From Thermodesulfobacteriota bacterium (lineage in GTDB: Bacteria; Desulfobacterota; GWC2-55-46), in assembly GCA_046757705.1 (NCBI GenBank), contig JBHHYT010000003.1, positions 1-54,603 on the forward strand: 54,603 nt of DNA, given 5' to 3'. Under the pieces are notes generated by a model. It was given only the letters and a program-made list of their open reading frames with translations, was not told the origin of the DNA and ran no database searches. A program made the position numbers and the translations under genes. Positions within the stretch are counted from its first letter, which is position 1; each line of letters opens with the position of its first letter. Positions 8,416-19,583 of this stretch are shown in pieces.

Positions 8416-9954
8416 TTGCAAGAGATGAGATTGAAGGACCTGATAGGCCCTCTCGGGGCCGTCCGTGTCATCGGAGGCACGGAGGCGGAGGTCACCGGTA
8501 TCTGCCTGGACTCGCGGGCCGTGGCCGGCGGCCCCGGCGGCGGCCCGCTCTTCGCGGCCATCCCCGGCGAGCACGTGGACGGCCACGAATTCATAGGCAA
8601 GGCGGTCGAGCTCGGGGCCTCGGCGGTGCTCGCGAGCCGGCCCGTGGAGGGGTTGCAAGTCCCGCAGGTCATAGTCGAGGATACGAGGGCGGCGCTCTCG
8701 AAGCTCTCGGACGTTTTCTACGCGAGCCCATCGAAGGAGATCTGCGTTCTCGGGGTGACCGGCACCAACGGGAAGACCACGGTGGCGTACCTTGTCGAGT
8801 CGATACTGCGCGAGGCGGGCTACTCGCCCGGCGTGGTCGGCACGGTCAACTACCGCTACGGCGGCAACTCGTACCCCGCGGCGCACACGACGCCCCAGGC
8901 CCCGGACCTGCACCGGATGCTCCGCGAGATGGCCGACTCCGGGGTTACGCACTGCGTGATGGAGGTCTCCTCCCACGCGCTCGAGCAGAAGAGGGTGGCG
9001 GACGTGGCGTTCAGGGCAGGGGTCTTTACGAACCTCACCCACGACCACCTCGACTACCACGCCACCATGGAGGAGTACTTCGGGTGCAAGTCCATGCTCT
9101 TCGGCCTTGTCGACGGCAACAGGGGCGTCCTGGTCACAAACATGGACGACGCGTGGGGCAGGCTCCTGAAGAGGGACTTTCCCGCTTCCGTGACCTGCAG
9201 CCTAGAAGAGGGGGCGGACGTATACCCGAGGACTGCCACGCTCGGAGACGGCATTACCAGCGCACGGATACGCACGCCGGCGGGCGATATGGATGTGACG
9301 TCGCACCTTGCCGGCGAGTACAACCTGCAGAACGTGCTTGCCTCGGTGGCCGCGGGCTTCGCCCTTGGCATCTGTGCGGAGGCGATAAAAAAGGGCGTCT
9401 CGGCGTTGGAGAGCGTCCCCGGAAGGCTGCAGAAGGTGGTCTCTTCCGATGGCTTTACCGCCTACGTGGACTACGCGCACACGGGGGACGCTCTCGAAAG
9501 GGCGCTCTCGGCGCTCAGGAATATCGCATCCGGCAGGATAATCTCGGTCTTCGGCTGCGGCGGCAACCGCGACAGGCTCAAGAGGCCGGAGATGGGCGGG
9601 ATATCCGCGCGCCTCGCGGACATATCCATCGTTACCTCGGACAACCCGAGGGACGAGGACCCGCTCGAGATAATAGAGGAGATAGAGGCAGGCATAAAGG
9701 GCATAAGGAAGTATTCGGAGGACGAGACCCCCGGCGGGCGCGGCTACATCGTGGTGCCCGACAGGGCGGCGGCCATAAGCAGGGCCGTGGGGCTTGCGCG
9801 CCGCGGGGACGTGATACTCCTTGCGGGCAAGGGGCACGAGGACTACCAGATAGTCGGGGGGCAGAGGCTCCACTTCAGCGACATGGAGGCCGTAAGCAGG
9901 GCCATAGGGGAACGGGAGGCGAGCGAGGCCGGAGGTGCGGCGCTGCCGCAGTAG
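8416..9954 (+). CDS. murE: UDP-MurNAc-tripeptide synthetase (mDAP type)
   Basis: GVTGTNGKTT, MEVSSH, DHLDYH, DYAHT, DNPR and AGKGHE; start 8416 or 8425. Confidence 0.97.
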   Translation: MQEMRLKDLIGPLGAVRVIGGTEAEVTGICLDSRAVAGGPGGGPLFAAIPGEHVDGHEFIGKAVELGASAVLASRPVEGLQVPQVIVEDTRAALSKLSDVFYASPSKEICVLGVTGTNGKTTVAYLVESILREAGYSPGVVGTVNYRYGGNSYPAAHTTPQAPDLHRMLREMADSGVTHCVMEVSSHALEQKRVADVAFRAGVFTNLTHDHLDYHATMEEYFGCKSMLFGLVDGNRGVLVTNMDDAWGRLLKRDFPASVTCSLEEGADVYPRTATLGDGITSARIRTPAGDMDVTSHLAGEYNLQNVLASVAAGFALGICAEAIKKGVSALESVPGRLQKVVSSDGFTAYVDYAHTGDALERALSALRNIASGRIISVFGCGGNRDRLKRPEMGGISARLADISIVTSDNPRDEDPLEIIEEIEAGIKGIRKYSEDETPGGRGYIVVPDRAAAISRAVGLARRGDVILLAGKGHEDYQIVGGQRLHFSDMEAVSRAIGEREASEAGGAALPQ

Positions 9955-9959
9955 TAGCG

Positions 9960-11357
9960 ATGGAGCTGAAGGTCAGTGAAATAGCGGAGGCCCTGAAGAG
10001 GGCCGGCAGGGGCGGCAGGCTCATCCGCGGCGGGGACGCCGTGGCGGGGGGCGTTGTCACCGATTCGAGGAAGGAGTGCAGGGGCGCGGTCTTCTTCGCC
10101 CTCAGGGGCCCCAACTTCGACGGGCACAGGTTCATAGCCGACGCCTTCGCACGGGGGGCCGTAGCCGCGGTCGTGGATGAGAAGGGCGCGGCGGCGCAAC
10201 CCGCCTGCGCGGCGATAATCGAGGTGGACGACACGCTATCGGCCCTCGGGTCGCTTGCCGCCTTTGTCAGGCGGGGCTTTGCCGGGCCGGTCGTGGCCGT
10301 AAGCGGGAGCGCGGGCAAGACCACGACCAAGGACATGACGGCCTCGATACTCGGCAGGTCGAGAAAGGTCCTGAAGACCGAGGGCAACAGGAATAACCTC
10401 ATAGGGCTGCCGCTTACGCTCTTCGGGCTCGACGGCAGCCACGGGGCGGCGGTCGTGGAGCTGGGCATAAGCGAGCCGGGGGAGATGGAGAGGCTCGCGG
10501 CGATAGCGAGGCCCGACGTGGCGCTCATAACCAACATAGGCCGGGGGCACCTCGAGGGGCTCGGCTCCCTCGAAGGCGTTGCGAGGGCAAAGGCCCCGCT
10601 GTTCGGCTGCCTCGAGGAGAAGGGCGTCATGGTGGTGAACCTCGACGACCCCTGGGTGGTGAGCATAGCCGGTACAATGCGTAACGCCGTCACCTACAGC
10701 CTCAAGGGGGCCGCGGACGTGAGGGTCAGGAGGTGCACCGAGGCCGGGCTTGCCGGCACCACCGTCACCTACGTGGTCAGGGGCAGGGACGTAACCGTAA
10801 GGCTTTCAGCCCCGGGCCTTGTGAACGTGATGAACGGCGTGGCGGCCATAGCGGCCTCGCTGCCGCTCGGCGCCGGGGAAAAGGACGTGGAAGAGGGGCT
10901 CGGCTCGTTCGTCCCGGCAAAGGGGCGCATGGAGGTCATAAGGGCCGGGGGGGCAGGGGGGGTCGCGGTCCTCGATGACACATACAACGCCAACCCCGAG
11001 TCCGTGGCGGCCGCCCTCGATACCCTGAGGAAGGCCGGGGGGCGGAAGGTGGCGGTGCTCGGGGACATGCTGGAGCTCGGCCCCTCGTCGAGGGACGAGC
11101 ACAGGGAGGCGGGCAGGCTCGCCGGCACCCTCGGCATAGAGGTGGTGGTGGCCGTGGGCTCTTACGCGGCCGACCTCCTCGAAGGCGCGGCGAGCGCCGG
11201 GGCCAGAGAGGTCTACGGTTTCAACAGCAGGGAAGAGGCGGCTGCCGCCCTCGGCGGCCTTATAAAGCGGGGGGACACCGTGCTTGTAAAGGGCTCGCGG
11301 GCGGTGGGGCTGGAGTATATTACCGATTGGCTCAAGACGGAGTTCGAGAAGGCCTGA
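9960..11357 (+). CDS. murF: UDP-MurNAc-tripeptide D-Ala-D-Ala ligase
   Basis: C-terminal part of ORF 8358..11357 from ATG 9960; [33 protein letters not shown] and VKGSR. Confidence 0.96.
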   Translation: MELKVSEIAEALKRAGRGGRLIRGGDAVAGGVVTDSRKECRGAVFFALRGPNFDGHRFIADAFARGAVAAVVDEKGAAAQPACAAIIEVDDTLSALGSLAAFVRRGFAGPVVAVSGSAGKTTTKDMTASILGRSRKVLKTEGNRNNLIGLPLTLFGLDGSHGAAVVELGISEPGEMERLAAIARPDVALITNIGRGHLEGLGSLEGVARAKAPLFGCLEEKGVMVVNLDDPWVVSIAGTMRNAVTYSLKGAADVRVRRCTEAGLAGTTVTYVVRGRDVTVRLSAPGLVNVMNGVAAIAASLPLGAGEKDVEEGLGSFVPAKGRMEVIRAGGAGGVAVLDDTYNANPESVAAALDTLRKAGGRKVAVLGDMLELGPSSRDEHREAGRLAGTLGIEVVVAVGSYAADLLEGAASAGAREVYGFNSREEAAAALGGLIKRGDTVLVKGSRAVGLEYITDWLKTEFEKA

Positions 11358-11433
11358 TGGGGCCTTGCTCGAACAGGCCGCGCGAGGGCGGATATTCAAC
11401 CTTTTTTTCTCCCGCAAGGGAAGGCCGGACCAG

Positions 11434-12504
11434 ATGCTCTATTATTTTTTATATCCGCTCGCGAAGCACCATACGATATTCAACGTATTCCAGTACATCA
11501 GCTTCAGGACCATCTACGCCGCGGTCACCGCGCTGGTCCTGAGCTTCCTCATAGGACCGATGCTGATAGAGAAGCTCAGGGCCCTGAACATGGGAGAGGT
11601 GATAAGGACGGACGGCCCCGCCACGCACTCCGTGAAGGCGGGCACGCCCACGATGGGCGGGGCGATAATACTGCTGGTGGTGATAGTATCCGTGCTCCTG
11701 TGGGGCAACCTCCAGAACTCGTACATCTGGCTGATGACGTTCGTTACCGTCGGAATGGGGCTGATAGGGTTTCTCGACGACTACAGCAAGGTGGTGAGGA
11801 AGAAGGGCGGGATGAGGGCGGTCACCAAGTTCTCCGCGCAGGTGGCCGTGGCGCTCGTCGCCGTGCTCTTCCTCTACTACACGGGCTTCGAGACGGTGGT
11901 GGCGATACCGTTCTTCAAGGAGGCCGCCATAGACCTCAAGGTCCTCTACATCCCGTTCGCGATCTTCGTGATAGTGGGGACGTCGAACGCGGTGAACCTC
12001 ACCGACGGGCTCGACGGCCTTGCCATAGGGCCGATGACCATAGCCGCGGCGACGTACATGCTCTTCGCGTACCTCGCCGGGCATATAAAGATGGCCACGT
12101 ACCTGCACATCATGCACGTGGCGCCTGCCGGGGAGCTTGCGGTATTCGCCGGGGCGATGGTCGGGGCGAGCCTCGGCTTTCTCTGGTTCAACACCTACCC
12201 GGCGCAGGTCTTCATGGGGGACGTAGGCTCGCTGTCGCTCGGGGGGGCGCTCGGCACGCTGGCCGTGATAACCAAGAACGAAGTGATACTGCTCGTCGTG
12301 GGCGGCATCTTCGTGGTCGAGGCGCTCTCGGTCATATTCCAGGTGGGCTCTTTCAAGCTCACCGGCAAGAGGGTCTTCGCCATGGCGCCCATCCACCACC
12401 ACTACGAGCTCAAGGGGTGGGCGGAGCCGAAGATAATAGTAAGGTTCTGGATCATAGCCATAATACTGGCGCTTATCGCCATAAGCACGCTCAAGATAAG
12501 GTAG
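11434..12504 (+). CDS. mraY: Phospho-MurNAc-pentapeptide transferase
   Basis: [28 protein letters not shown] and MAPIHHHYE; multi-TM. Confidence 0.97.
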   Translation: MLYYFLYPLAKHHTIFNVFQYISFRTIYAAVTALVLSFLIGPMLIEKLRALNMGEVIRTDGPATHSVKAGTPTMGGAIILLVVIVSVLLWGNLQNSYIWLMTFVTVGMGLIGFLDDYSKVVRKKGGMRAVTKFSAQVAVALVAVLFLYYTGFETVVAIPFFKEAAIDLKVLYIPFAIFVIVGTSNAVNLTDGLDGLAIGPMTIAAATYMLFAYLAGHIKMATYLHIMHVAPAGELAVFAGAMVGASLGFLWFNTYPAQVFMGDVGSLSLGGALGTLAVITKNEVILLVVGGIFVVEALSVIFQVGSFKLTGKRVFAMAPIHHHYELKGWAEPKIIVRFWIIAIILALIAISTLKIR

Positions 12505-12511
12505 GCGGACG

Positions 12512-13951
12512 ATGGACTGCGGGGAGGCCGTAACGCATACGACGGGAACGGGGACGTCAAGAGGGGCTGGCGACACCTTCGCCAGGGCGCGGCGCGCCCT
12601 GGCCGGGAAAAGGGCGCTTGTCGTCGGCCTGGCCAGGACCGGCGTCTGCGCGGCGCGCCTGCTAGCCAGGTGCGGCGCCGTCGTCACCGCCGTCGACGCG
12701 CTCCCCCTCGACAGGCTCTCCGGGGCCGGGGAGCTCTGCGCCCTCGGGGTCAAGATAAGGGCCGGTGGCGCGGGCGTGGACACACGCGGGGTGGAGCTCG
12801 TGGTCGTAAGCCCGGGCGTGCCCTCGAACTCGGCGGTCCTGTATGAGGCGCGCGCGAACGGGGCAGAGGTCATAAGCGAGATCGAGCTTGCGTACCGGTT
12901 CATGGACGCCCCGGTGCTCGCCGTGGCGGGCACGAACGGGAAGACGACGACGACGGCGCTGCTCGGAGAGGCGATAAAGGAGGCGGGCAAGAGGGTCTTC
13001 GTAGGGGGCAACATAGGCACCCCCGCCATAGAGTATATAGAGTCCGGCGGCGGCGCCGACCTCTGCGTGCTCGAGCTGAGCAGCTTCCACCTCGAGACGA
13101 CGGCATCTTTTGCCCCGAAGGTGGGCATACTCCTGAACATCACCGAGGACCACCTCGACAGGTACAGGGACTTCGGCCATTACGCCGAGACCAAGTTCAG
13201 GCTCTTCGAGAACCAGACCCCGGCGGACTTCGCCGTCGTAAACGCGGCGGACCCGGTCATAGCGCGGCGCATCAAGGCGTGGCCCGCAAAGGGCAGGGTA
13301 ATACCCTTTACCACTGCCGGGGCCTTGACCGAAGGGCTCATGCTCGATGGCGGCTCGGTGGTCTTCTCGCTCGACGGTGCCGTGGAGAGATACCCGGTGA
13401 GCGCGTTCCGGTTGAAGGGTGTGCACAACGTCGAGAACATAATGGCGGTGATAGCCGCCGCCCGGCTCGCGGGCGTGGAGCAAGAGCCCCTCCGGCGCGT
13501 GCTCGGGAGCTTCGGGGGGCTCGGCCACAGGATGGAGCGCGTGCGGGTCCTCGACGGCGTGACCTACATCGATGATTCCAAGGGCACGAACATAGGCGCG
13601 TTGATGGGGGCGCTCAAGGGGGTCCCTGGCCCGGTCGTATTGATCGCGGGAGGCAGGGACAAGGGCGGGGACTACGGGGCCCTCACGGATCTGGTAAAGG
13701 AAAAGGTCAGGCGCCTCGTGCTCATAGGCGAGGCCGGCGGCAGGATAAAGGCGGCGCTGGGCCACCTTACGGAGACCGTCGAGGCGTCCTCCCTCGACGA
13801 GGCGGTAAGGGTGGCGCGCGCAGCGGCGCGCGAGGGGGACACGGTGCTCCTGTGCCCGGCCTGCTCGAGCTTCGACATGTTCAAGGACTACAGGGAAAGG
13901 GGCGAGCGTTTCAGGGCCGCCGTAGAGGCCCTTCAGGGAATCTCTGAATGA
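12512..13951 (+). CDS. murD: UDP-MurNAc-L-Ala D-Glu ligase
   Basis: VVSPGVP, GTNGKTTTT, ELSSF, DDSKGTN and PACSSFDMF. Confidence 0.96.
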   Translation: MDCGEAVTHTTGTGTSRGAGDTFARARRALAGKRALVVGLARTGVCAARLLARCGAVVTAVDALPLDRLSGAGELCALGVKIRAGGAGVDTRGVELVVVSPGVPSNSAVLYEARANGAEVISEIELAYRFMDAPVLAVAGTNGKTTTTALLGEAIKEAGKRVFVGGNIGTPAIEYIESGGGADLCVLELSSFHLETTASFAPKVGILLNITEDHLDRYRDFGHYAETKFRLFENQTPADFAVVNAADPVIARRIKAWPAKGRVIPFTTAGALTEGLMLDGGSVVFSLDGAVERYPVSAFRLKGVHNVENIMAVIAAARLAGVEQEPLRRVLGSFGGLGHRMERVRVLDGVTYIDDSKGTNIGALMGALKGVPGPVVLIAGGRDKGGDYGALTDLVKEKVRRLVLIGEAGGRIKAALGHLTETVEASSLDEAVRVARAAAREGDTVLLCPACSSFDMFKDYRERGERFRAAVEALQGISE

Positions 13952-13990
13952 ATCGACCTTGAATTATTCGGAGACGAAAAAGAAAAAATG

Positions 13991-14046
13991 GCGACACGTC
14001 CATGTGCCGCGGAAGGTCTGAATAATCCACACCTTCCCTGGCGCAG
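13991..14046 (+). repeat. 56-nt two-hairpin element, copy 1 (upstream of ftsW)
   Basis: gcgacacgtccatgtgccgcggaaggtc-N12-accttccctggcgcag, colinear with the copy at 21667-21722. Confidence 0.8.
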
Positions 14047-14071
14047 AACGGAAGGCTTCGGAGGCAGTATA

Positions 14072-15172
14072 TTGGTAAAGCTCCGCGATCTCGACAGGCT
14101 GCTCATAATCTCCACCCTGCTGCTCGTGGCGGCGGGCGTGGTGATGGTCTACTCGACGAGCTACATCATGGCCATGAACAGGTTCGGCGACAAGTACTTC
14201 TTCGTCAAGAAGCACCTGACCTTCGCCGTGGCCGGGGTGATCTTCTTCATAGTGGCGGTCAGGGTGCCCTACGGGGTCTACCGCAAGATGGCGTACCCTA
14301 TACTCATACTCGCCATACTCTTGCTCGTGTGCATATACGTACCGGGGTTCGGGTTCACGGCGGGCGGTGCGCGCAGGTGGGTCAGGCTCGGGCCCGTGGC
14401 CTTCCAGCCCTCGGAGCCTGCCAAGCTCGCGGCCATAGTCTTTCTCGCGTACTCGCTGGCGGCCAAGGGAGAGGCGATAAAGAGGTTCTCCACGGGGCTT
14501 CTGCCGAACATACTCTTCCCCGGCCTCCTCGTCGGGCTCATCGTGATGGAGCCCGACCTCGGCACGGCGGCCACCGTCGGGGCGCTGGTGGTCATCATGA
14601 GCTTCGTGGCCGGGGCGCGGTTGACGCACCTGGGCATGCTCGGGGTTGCGGCCACGCCGTTCGTCTACATGGTGGTGCACAACTTCGGGTACATGATCAG
14701 CCGCCTTCAGGTCTATCTCGACCCGTGGAAGGACCCATCGGGCAAGGGCTTCCAGATGGTCCAGTCGTTCCTCGCCTTCGGCTCCGGCGGGCTCTACGGC
14801 GTGGGCCTCGGCGAGGGGCAGCAGAAGCTGTTCTTCCTGCCCGAGGCGCACACGGACTTCATCCTGTCCGTCATAGGGGAGGAGTTCGGCCTGCTGGGCG
14901 TCGGCATGATAATAGGTTTCTACGTGCTCTTTCTCTACTGCGGCACGAAGATAGCCATGAACGCGAAGGACAGGCACGGCACCTATCTCGCCCTGGGGCT
15001 TACCTTCATGGTGGTGCTTCAGGCGGCGATGAACATGGGGGTCGTGCTCGGGCTGCTGCCGCCCAAGGGGCTCGCGCTCCCGTTCGTAAGCTACGGCGGG
15101 ACGTCCCTGGTGGTGAACATGGTGGCGGTGGGCATAATACTGAACATATATATCAGGAAGAACGCGGCGTAG
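14072..15172 (+). CDS. ftsW: Peptidoglycan glycosyltransferase FtsW (SEDS family)
   Basis: GARRW, FQPSE, LPEAHTDFI and LPFVSYGGTS; GGAGG lies 7 nt before the TTG at 14072. Confidence 0.96.
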   Translation: MVKLRDLDRLLIISTLLLVAAGVVMVYSTSYIMAMNRFGDKYFFVKKHLTFAVAGVIFFIVAVRVPYGVYRKMAYPILILAILLLVCIYVPGFGFTAGGARRWVRLGPVAFQPSEPAKLAAIVFLAYSLAAKGEAIKRFSTGLLPNILFPGLLVGLIVMEPDLGTAATVGALVVIMSFVAGARLTHLGMLGVAATPFVYMVVHNFGYMISRLQVYLDPWKDPSGKGFQMVQSFLAFGSGGLYGVGLGEGQQKLFFLPEAHTDFILSVIGEEFGLLGVGMIIGFYVLFLYCGTKIAMNAKDRHGTYLALGLTFMVVLQAAMNMGVVLGLLPPKGLALPFVSYGGTSLVVNMVAVGIILNIYIRKNAA

Positions 15173-15213
15173 AGCCCTGAAAGGGCGCGTCGTTAAAAAT
15201 AGAGGAGTGCGGA

Positions 15214-16293
15214 TTGAAGCTTGTGATGGCCGGGGGTGGCACCGGGGGGCACCTTTTCCCGGCGCTCGCGCTCGCTGAGGAGTTCAAGAGGAAGGACCCC
15301 GGCGTGAAGATAATCTTCATGGGCGGCAGGGGCGGGCTCGAAGAGAGGATAGTGCCCGGGTACGGCTACCCCCTCGAGGTCTTCGACGTGGAGGGGATAA
15401 AGAGGCGGACCGGCATAAGGAGGATAAAGGCGATAGGCAAGGCGGCGCGCTCGACATTGAGGGCGCTCGGGCTGCTACGCTCGATGAGGCCGGACGGGGT
15501 CATAGGCAGCGGCTCCTACTCCTCGGCCCCGGTGGTGCTGGCGGCGCGGATGCTCGGCATAAAGACCGCGATACTCGAGCAGAACGCGCTGCCCGGCCTT
15601 ACGAACAGGCTGCTTGGCAAGGTCGTCAACAGGATATACATCGCCTTCGAGCAGGCGAAGGAGTTCTTCCCCGCCGGGCGCACGGTGCTGGCAGGGAACC
15701 CCGTGCGCCGGGAGATCATGGACGGCGTCAACGGGCGGGAGAAGAGGCGGGACAAGAGGTTCTCGATACTCGTCTTCGGCGGCAGCCAGGGCGCCACCGC
15801 CATAAACGCCGCGTTTCTCGACGCCACCGAGTACCTTACCGACATCTGGCCCTCGTTGAGGGTCGTGCATCAGGCGGGCAAGGAGGGCTTCGGCGCTGTC
15901 AAGGACGCGTACATGAGGAAGAACCTGAAGGTGGAGCTTCACAGCTTCATAGACGACATGGCCTCGGCGTACAGGTCGGCGGACCTCGTCGTATGCAGGG
16001 CGGGGGCGACGTCGATAGCGGAGATAACGGCCCTCGGCATAGCGCCGATACTCATCCCGTACCCCTTTGCCGCCGACGATCACCAGACCGTCAACGCCCG
16101 GTGCCTCGAGGAGGCCGGCGCGGCGGTGATGATAAGGCAGGACAGGCTTACCGGGAGCACGCTGGCCGCGGCCATACGCGGGCTCTACGAGAACCCCGGC
16201 GAGCTGAAGGAGATGAGGGAGAAGGTAAAGGGCTTCGGGCGCCCCCGCGCCGGAGAGACGATAGTGGAGAACTTTTTAAAGGTGTTGGGTTAA
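15214..16293 (+). CDS. murG: Lipid II GlcNAc transferase
   Basis: GGGTGGHLFP, EQNALPG, GNPVR, GGSQGA, RAGA and DHQTVNA. Confidence 0.97.
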   Translation: MKLVMAGGGTGGHLFPALALAEEFKRKDPGVKIIFMGGRGGLEERIVPGYGYPLEVFDVEGIKRRTGIRRIKAIGKAARSTLRALGLLRSMRPDGVIGSGSYSSAPVVLAARMLGIKTAILEQNALPGLTNRLLGKVVNRIYIAFEQAKEFFPAGRTVLAGNPVRREIMDGVNGREKRRDKRFSILVFGGSQGATAINAAFLDATEYLTDIWPSLRVVHQAGKEGFGAVKDAYMRKNLKVELHSFIDDMASAYRSADLVVCRAGATSIAEITALGIAPILIPYPFAADDHQTVNARCLEEAGAAVMIRQDRLTGSTLAAAIRGLYENPGELKEMREKVKGFGRPRAGETIVENFLKVLG

Positions 16294-16306
16294 GGATAGA
16301 GGGGCC

Positions 16307-17704
16307 ATGTACCGGGGCAGGATAAAGAAGATACACTTCATAGGCATAGGCGGCAGCGGCATGAACGGCATAGCCGAGGTGCTGCTGAACATGGGCTACA
16401 ACGTCACCGGCTCGGACCTCTCGGAGACCGACGTGACCAGAAGGCTCGAAAGCCTCGGCGCCACCATATTCACCGGCCACAGGAAGGAGAACGTGGCCGG
16501 GGCGAACTGCGTCGTCTACTCCTCTGCGGTGAAGCAGGACAACCCCGAGGTCAAGGAGGCCGTCTCCGGGCAGATACCCATCATACCGAGGGCCGAGATG
16601 CTCGCCGAGCTGATGCGTATGAAGTACGGGATAGCCATAGCGGGCACGCACGGGAAGACGACGACGACCTCCCTGGTCTCCTCCATACTCGCCGCCGCCA
16701 ACATGGACCCTACGATAGTTACCGGGGGCAAGCTCAACAGCATCGGGGCGAACGCGCGCCTGGGCACCGGGGACTTCCTCGTGGCCGAGGCGGACGAGAG
16801 CGACGGCAGCTTCCTGAAGCTCTCCCCGACCATAGCCGTTGTCACCAACATCGACCGCGAGCACATGGACCACTACATGGACATGGACGACGTCAGGGGC
16901 GCGTTCCTCGACTTCATGAACAAGGTGCCGTTCTACGGCTGCGCGATCATATGCCTCGACCACCCGGTCATCCAGTCGATGATACCGGACATAACCCGCA
17001 GGTTCATCTCCTTCGGGTTCACGGCGCAGGCCGACATAAGCGCGAGGGCCATCAGGTACGGCGGCATGAGGACGACCTTCGACGTATGGTACGGCAAGTC
17101 CAGGCAGGGGGAGATAGCCATAAACCTGCCCGGCGACTACAACGTCTACAACTCTCTGGCGGCCGTGGCGGTCGCCCGGGAGCTGGACGTCGGCTTCGAC
17201 AGGATAAAGGCGGGGCTCGAGGGCTTTACGGGCGTGGAGAGGAGGTTCCACGTCCGGGGCGAGCACGGCGGGGTTACGGTGGTGGACGACTACGGGCACC
17301 ACCCGGTGGAGATAAAGGCCGTCTTGAGGGCCGCGCGCAAGGGCTGGCCCGCAAGCCGTGTCGTGGCCGTCTTCCAGCCCCACAGGTACTCGAGGACGAA
17401 GGACCTCTTCACGGAGTTCCTCTCGTCCTTCAACGACGCCGAGAAGCTGCTGATAACCGACATCTACGCGGCGGGCGAGGAGAGGATAGAGAGCGTGAGC
17501 GGCGAGGCCCTTTACAGGGGGATAAAGGCATACGGGCACAAGGACGTGGCCTACGTGCCGTATAACGAGATACCCGGACGTCTGGCGGGGCTGGTGCAGG
17601 AGGGTGACATCGTCCTGACCCTCGGGGCGGGGGATGTGTGGAAGTCGGGTGTCTCCTTTCTTGAGCTTCTGAAGGCGCGGAGCGGGGATAATGCCAATGC
17701 CTAA
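16307..17704 (+). CDS. murC: UDP-MurNAc L-Ala ligase
   Basis: FIGIGGSGM, GTHGKTTTT, EADESD, DDYGHHP and FQPHRYSR. Confidence 0.97.
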   Translation: MYRGRIKKIHFIGIGGSGMNGIAEVLLNMGYNVTGSDLSETDVTRRLESLGATIFTGHRKENVAGANCVVYSSAVKQDNPEVKEAVSGQIPIIPRAEMLAELMRMKYGIAIAGTHGKTTTTSLVSSILAAANMDPTIVTGGKLNSIGANARLGTGDFLVAEADESDGSFLKLSPTIAVVTNIDREHMDHYMDMDDVRGAFLDFMNKVPFYGCAIICLDHPVIQSMIPDITRRFISFGFTAQADISARAIRYGGMRTTFDVWYGKSRQGEIAINLPGDYNVYNSLAAVAVARELDVGFDRIKAGLEGFTGVERRFHVRGEHGGVTVVDDYGHHPVEIKAVLRAARKGWPASRVVAVFQPHRYSRTKDLFTEFLSSFNDAEKLLITDIYAAGEERIESVSGEALYRGIKAYGHKDVAYVPYNEIPGRLAGLVQEGDIVLTLGAGDVWKSGVSFLELLKARSGDNANA

Positions 17705-18638
17705 AAACAGTTTGAACGCCGAAAAGAAGTCGTCGATGCAGTACTCGCTTTTTTTCATCCAGCGCTTCAAGGGCAAGGTGCTCTTCAACGTGCCGATGAG
17801 CAGGTACACCTCGCTTAAGGTCGGCGGGCCCGCAGACGTCATGGCCTTCCCGCAGGACGCCGGGGACCTGAAGGACCTCATCTCCTTCGCCGGGTCCAAG
17901 GGCTTCCCGTACTTCATCCTCGGCGCGGGCACCAACCTTATGGTGAGGGACGGGGGCTGGCGGGGGATAGTGGTAAACATGTGCGACGGGTTCAAGGACA
18001 TCACCTGGCAGGAGGACTCGAAGGTGGTGATGGGCGCCGGCGTAAGGCTCGTGGAGGCGCTCTCCAGGTGCGTCGATAAGGGGCTTGCCGGCCTCGAGTT
18101 CGCCGCGGGCATACCGGGCACGATGGGGGGCGCGGTCGTCATGAACGCCGGGGCCTTCGGTTCCGAGATGAAGGACATCGTCGAGGGCGTGGAGGTGGTG
18201 GACAAAAAGGGGCGCAAGGGTTTCATACCGAAGGACGAGATAGGCTTCTCATACAGGGGCTCCGCGCTGGCGCCGGACGCGGTGGTAGTAAGGGTGCACC
18301 TGAAGCTTGCGCCCGGGGATGCGCAGGGGATAAAGGACAAGATAAAGTTCTACCGCGAGAGGCGCAGGACCATAAGCAACGTGACCTTCCCGAACGCGGG
18401 TTCGATGTTCAAGAACCCGGAGGACAACTTCGCGGGCAAGCTCATCGACGAAGCGGGCCTCAAGGGAGAGCGTTCCGGCGACGCGCAGGTCTCGCAGGTG
18501 CACGCGAACTACATAGTCAACCTCGGCAACGCGAAGGCGAAGGACGTGCTCGCCCTCATGGCTACCGTAAGGGACAGGGTCTACTCCCGCACCGGCGTCG
18601 TCCTCGAGCCGGAGATAAGGGTGATAGGTGAGGACTGA
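17691..18638 (+). CDS. murB: UDP-N-acetylmuramate dehydrogenase
   Basis: VGGPAD, GIPGTMGGAVVMNAGA, GSMFKNP, HANYIVN and LEPEI; the true start may be 17736. Confidence 0.95.
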   Translation: MPMPKNSLNAEKKSSMQYSLFFIQRFKGKVLFNVPMSRYTSLKVGGPADVMAFPQDAGDLKDLISFAGSKGFPYFILGAGTNLMVRDGGWRGIVVNMCDGFKDITWQEDSKVVMGAGVRLVEALSRCVDKGLAGLEFAAGIPGTMGGAVVMNAGAFGSEMKDIVEGVEVVDKKGRKGFIPKDEIGFSYRGSALAPDAVVVRVHLKLAPGDAQGIKDKIKFYRERRRTISNVTFPNAGSMFKNPEDNFAGKLIDEAGLKGERSGDAQVSQVHANYIVNLGNAKAKDVLALMATVRDRVYSRTGVVLEPEIRVIGED

Positions 18639-19566
18639 CCGGCACCCCCCGGCGCTACGGGGGCTCAAGAAAAAAAGGGTCGGCGTGCTGATGGGCGGGC
18701 TCTCCGAGGAGCGGGAGATATCCCTCCTGACTGGGCGCGCGGTGCTCGAGGCGCTCATCGGAAAGGGCTACAACGCGACCGGCATCGACGTGGGAAGGGA
18801 TGTCGCCGCCGCGCTCAAGAGGAAGAAGATAGAGGTGGCCTTCCTCGCCCTTCACGGGCGTTACGGCGAGGACGGCTGCGTGCAGGGCATGCTCGAGGTT
18901 ATGGGCATCCCGTACACCGGCTCCGGCGTGCAGGCCTCGGCCGTGGCGATGGACAAGGCGGCGGCCAAGAAGCTGCTCGCCTTCCACGGCGTGCCGACCC
19001 CGGAGTTCAGGGTGGTGGACAGGGCCGCGGACGCCGCCGCTCTCGGCCTGCCGGTGGTCATAAAGCCGGCCTCCCAGGGCTCCGCCGTCGGGGTGAGCGT
19101 CGTAAGGGACGCCGCCGGGCTGGAAAAGGCGCTGCGCGCGGCCGGGCGTCTCTCCGGAGAGGTCATCGCCGAGAGGTACGTAGAGGGCAGGGAGCTGACG
19201 GTGTCCATATTGGACGCAGAGCCGCTGCCGGTGGTGGAGATACTGCCTAAGAAGGGTTTCTACGACTTCAAGGCAAAGTACACGCCGGGCATGACCGAGT
19301 TCGTCGTGCCGGCTGCGCTGAAAAAGACGGTGGAGAGAAGGGTGGTGGCGGCATCGCTCAGGTCTTACGAGGTCCTCGGCTGCCGCGGCGCGGCCCGAGT
19401 GGATGTCATGCTCGACGGGAAGGGAAAGGCGTACGTGCTCGAGGTGAACACCATACCGGGGCTTACGGAGCTGAGCCTGTTCCCCAGGGCGGCGGCAGCG
19501 GCGGGGCTCGATTACCCGGCGCTCGTTGAGCGCATGCTCAGGGGCGCGGGGCTGGAGAAACGCTGA
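18628..19566 (+). CDS. ddl: D-alanine-D-alanine ligase
   Basis: GGLSEEREIS, LHGRYGEDG, YDFKAKY and EVNTIPG. Confidence 0.96.
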   Translation: MRTDRHPPALRGLKKKRVGVLMGGLSEEREISLLTGRAVLEALIGKGYNATGIDVGRDVAAALKRKKIEVAFLALHGRYGEDGCVQGMLEVMGIPYTGSGVQASAVAMDKAAAKKLLAFHGVPTPEFRVVDRAADAAALGLPVVIKPASQGSAVGVSVVRDAAGLEKALRAAGRLSGEVIAERYVEGRELTVSILDAEPLPVVEILPKKGFYDFKAKYTPGMTEFVVPAALKKTVERRVVAASLRSYEVLGCRGAARVDVMLDGKGKAYVLEVNTIPGLTELSLFPRAAAAAGLDYPALVERMLRGAGLEKR

Positions 19567-19583
19567 TATCGTTGCGGAGGCCG

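Noticed and set aside
8358-11357. 999-aa ORF suggesting a giant MurF or a MurE-MurF fusion
   Set aside because: The first about 530 codons are an off-frame shadow of murE (Arg/Gly/Pro-rich). murE ends with TAG TAG and murF has its own ATG at 9960.
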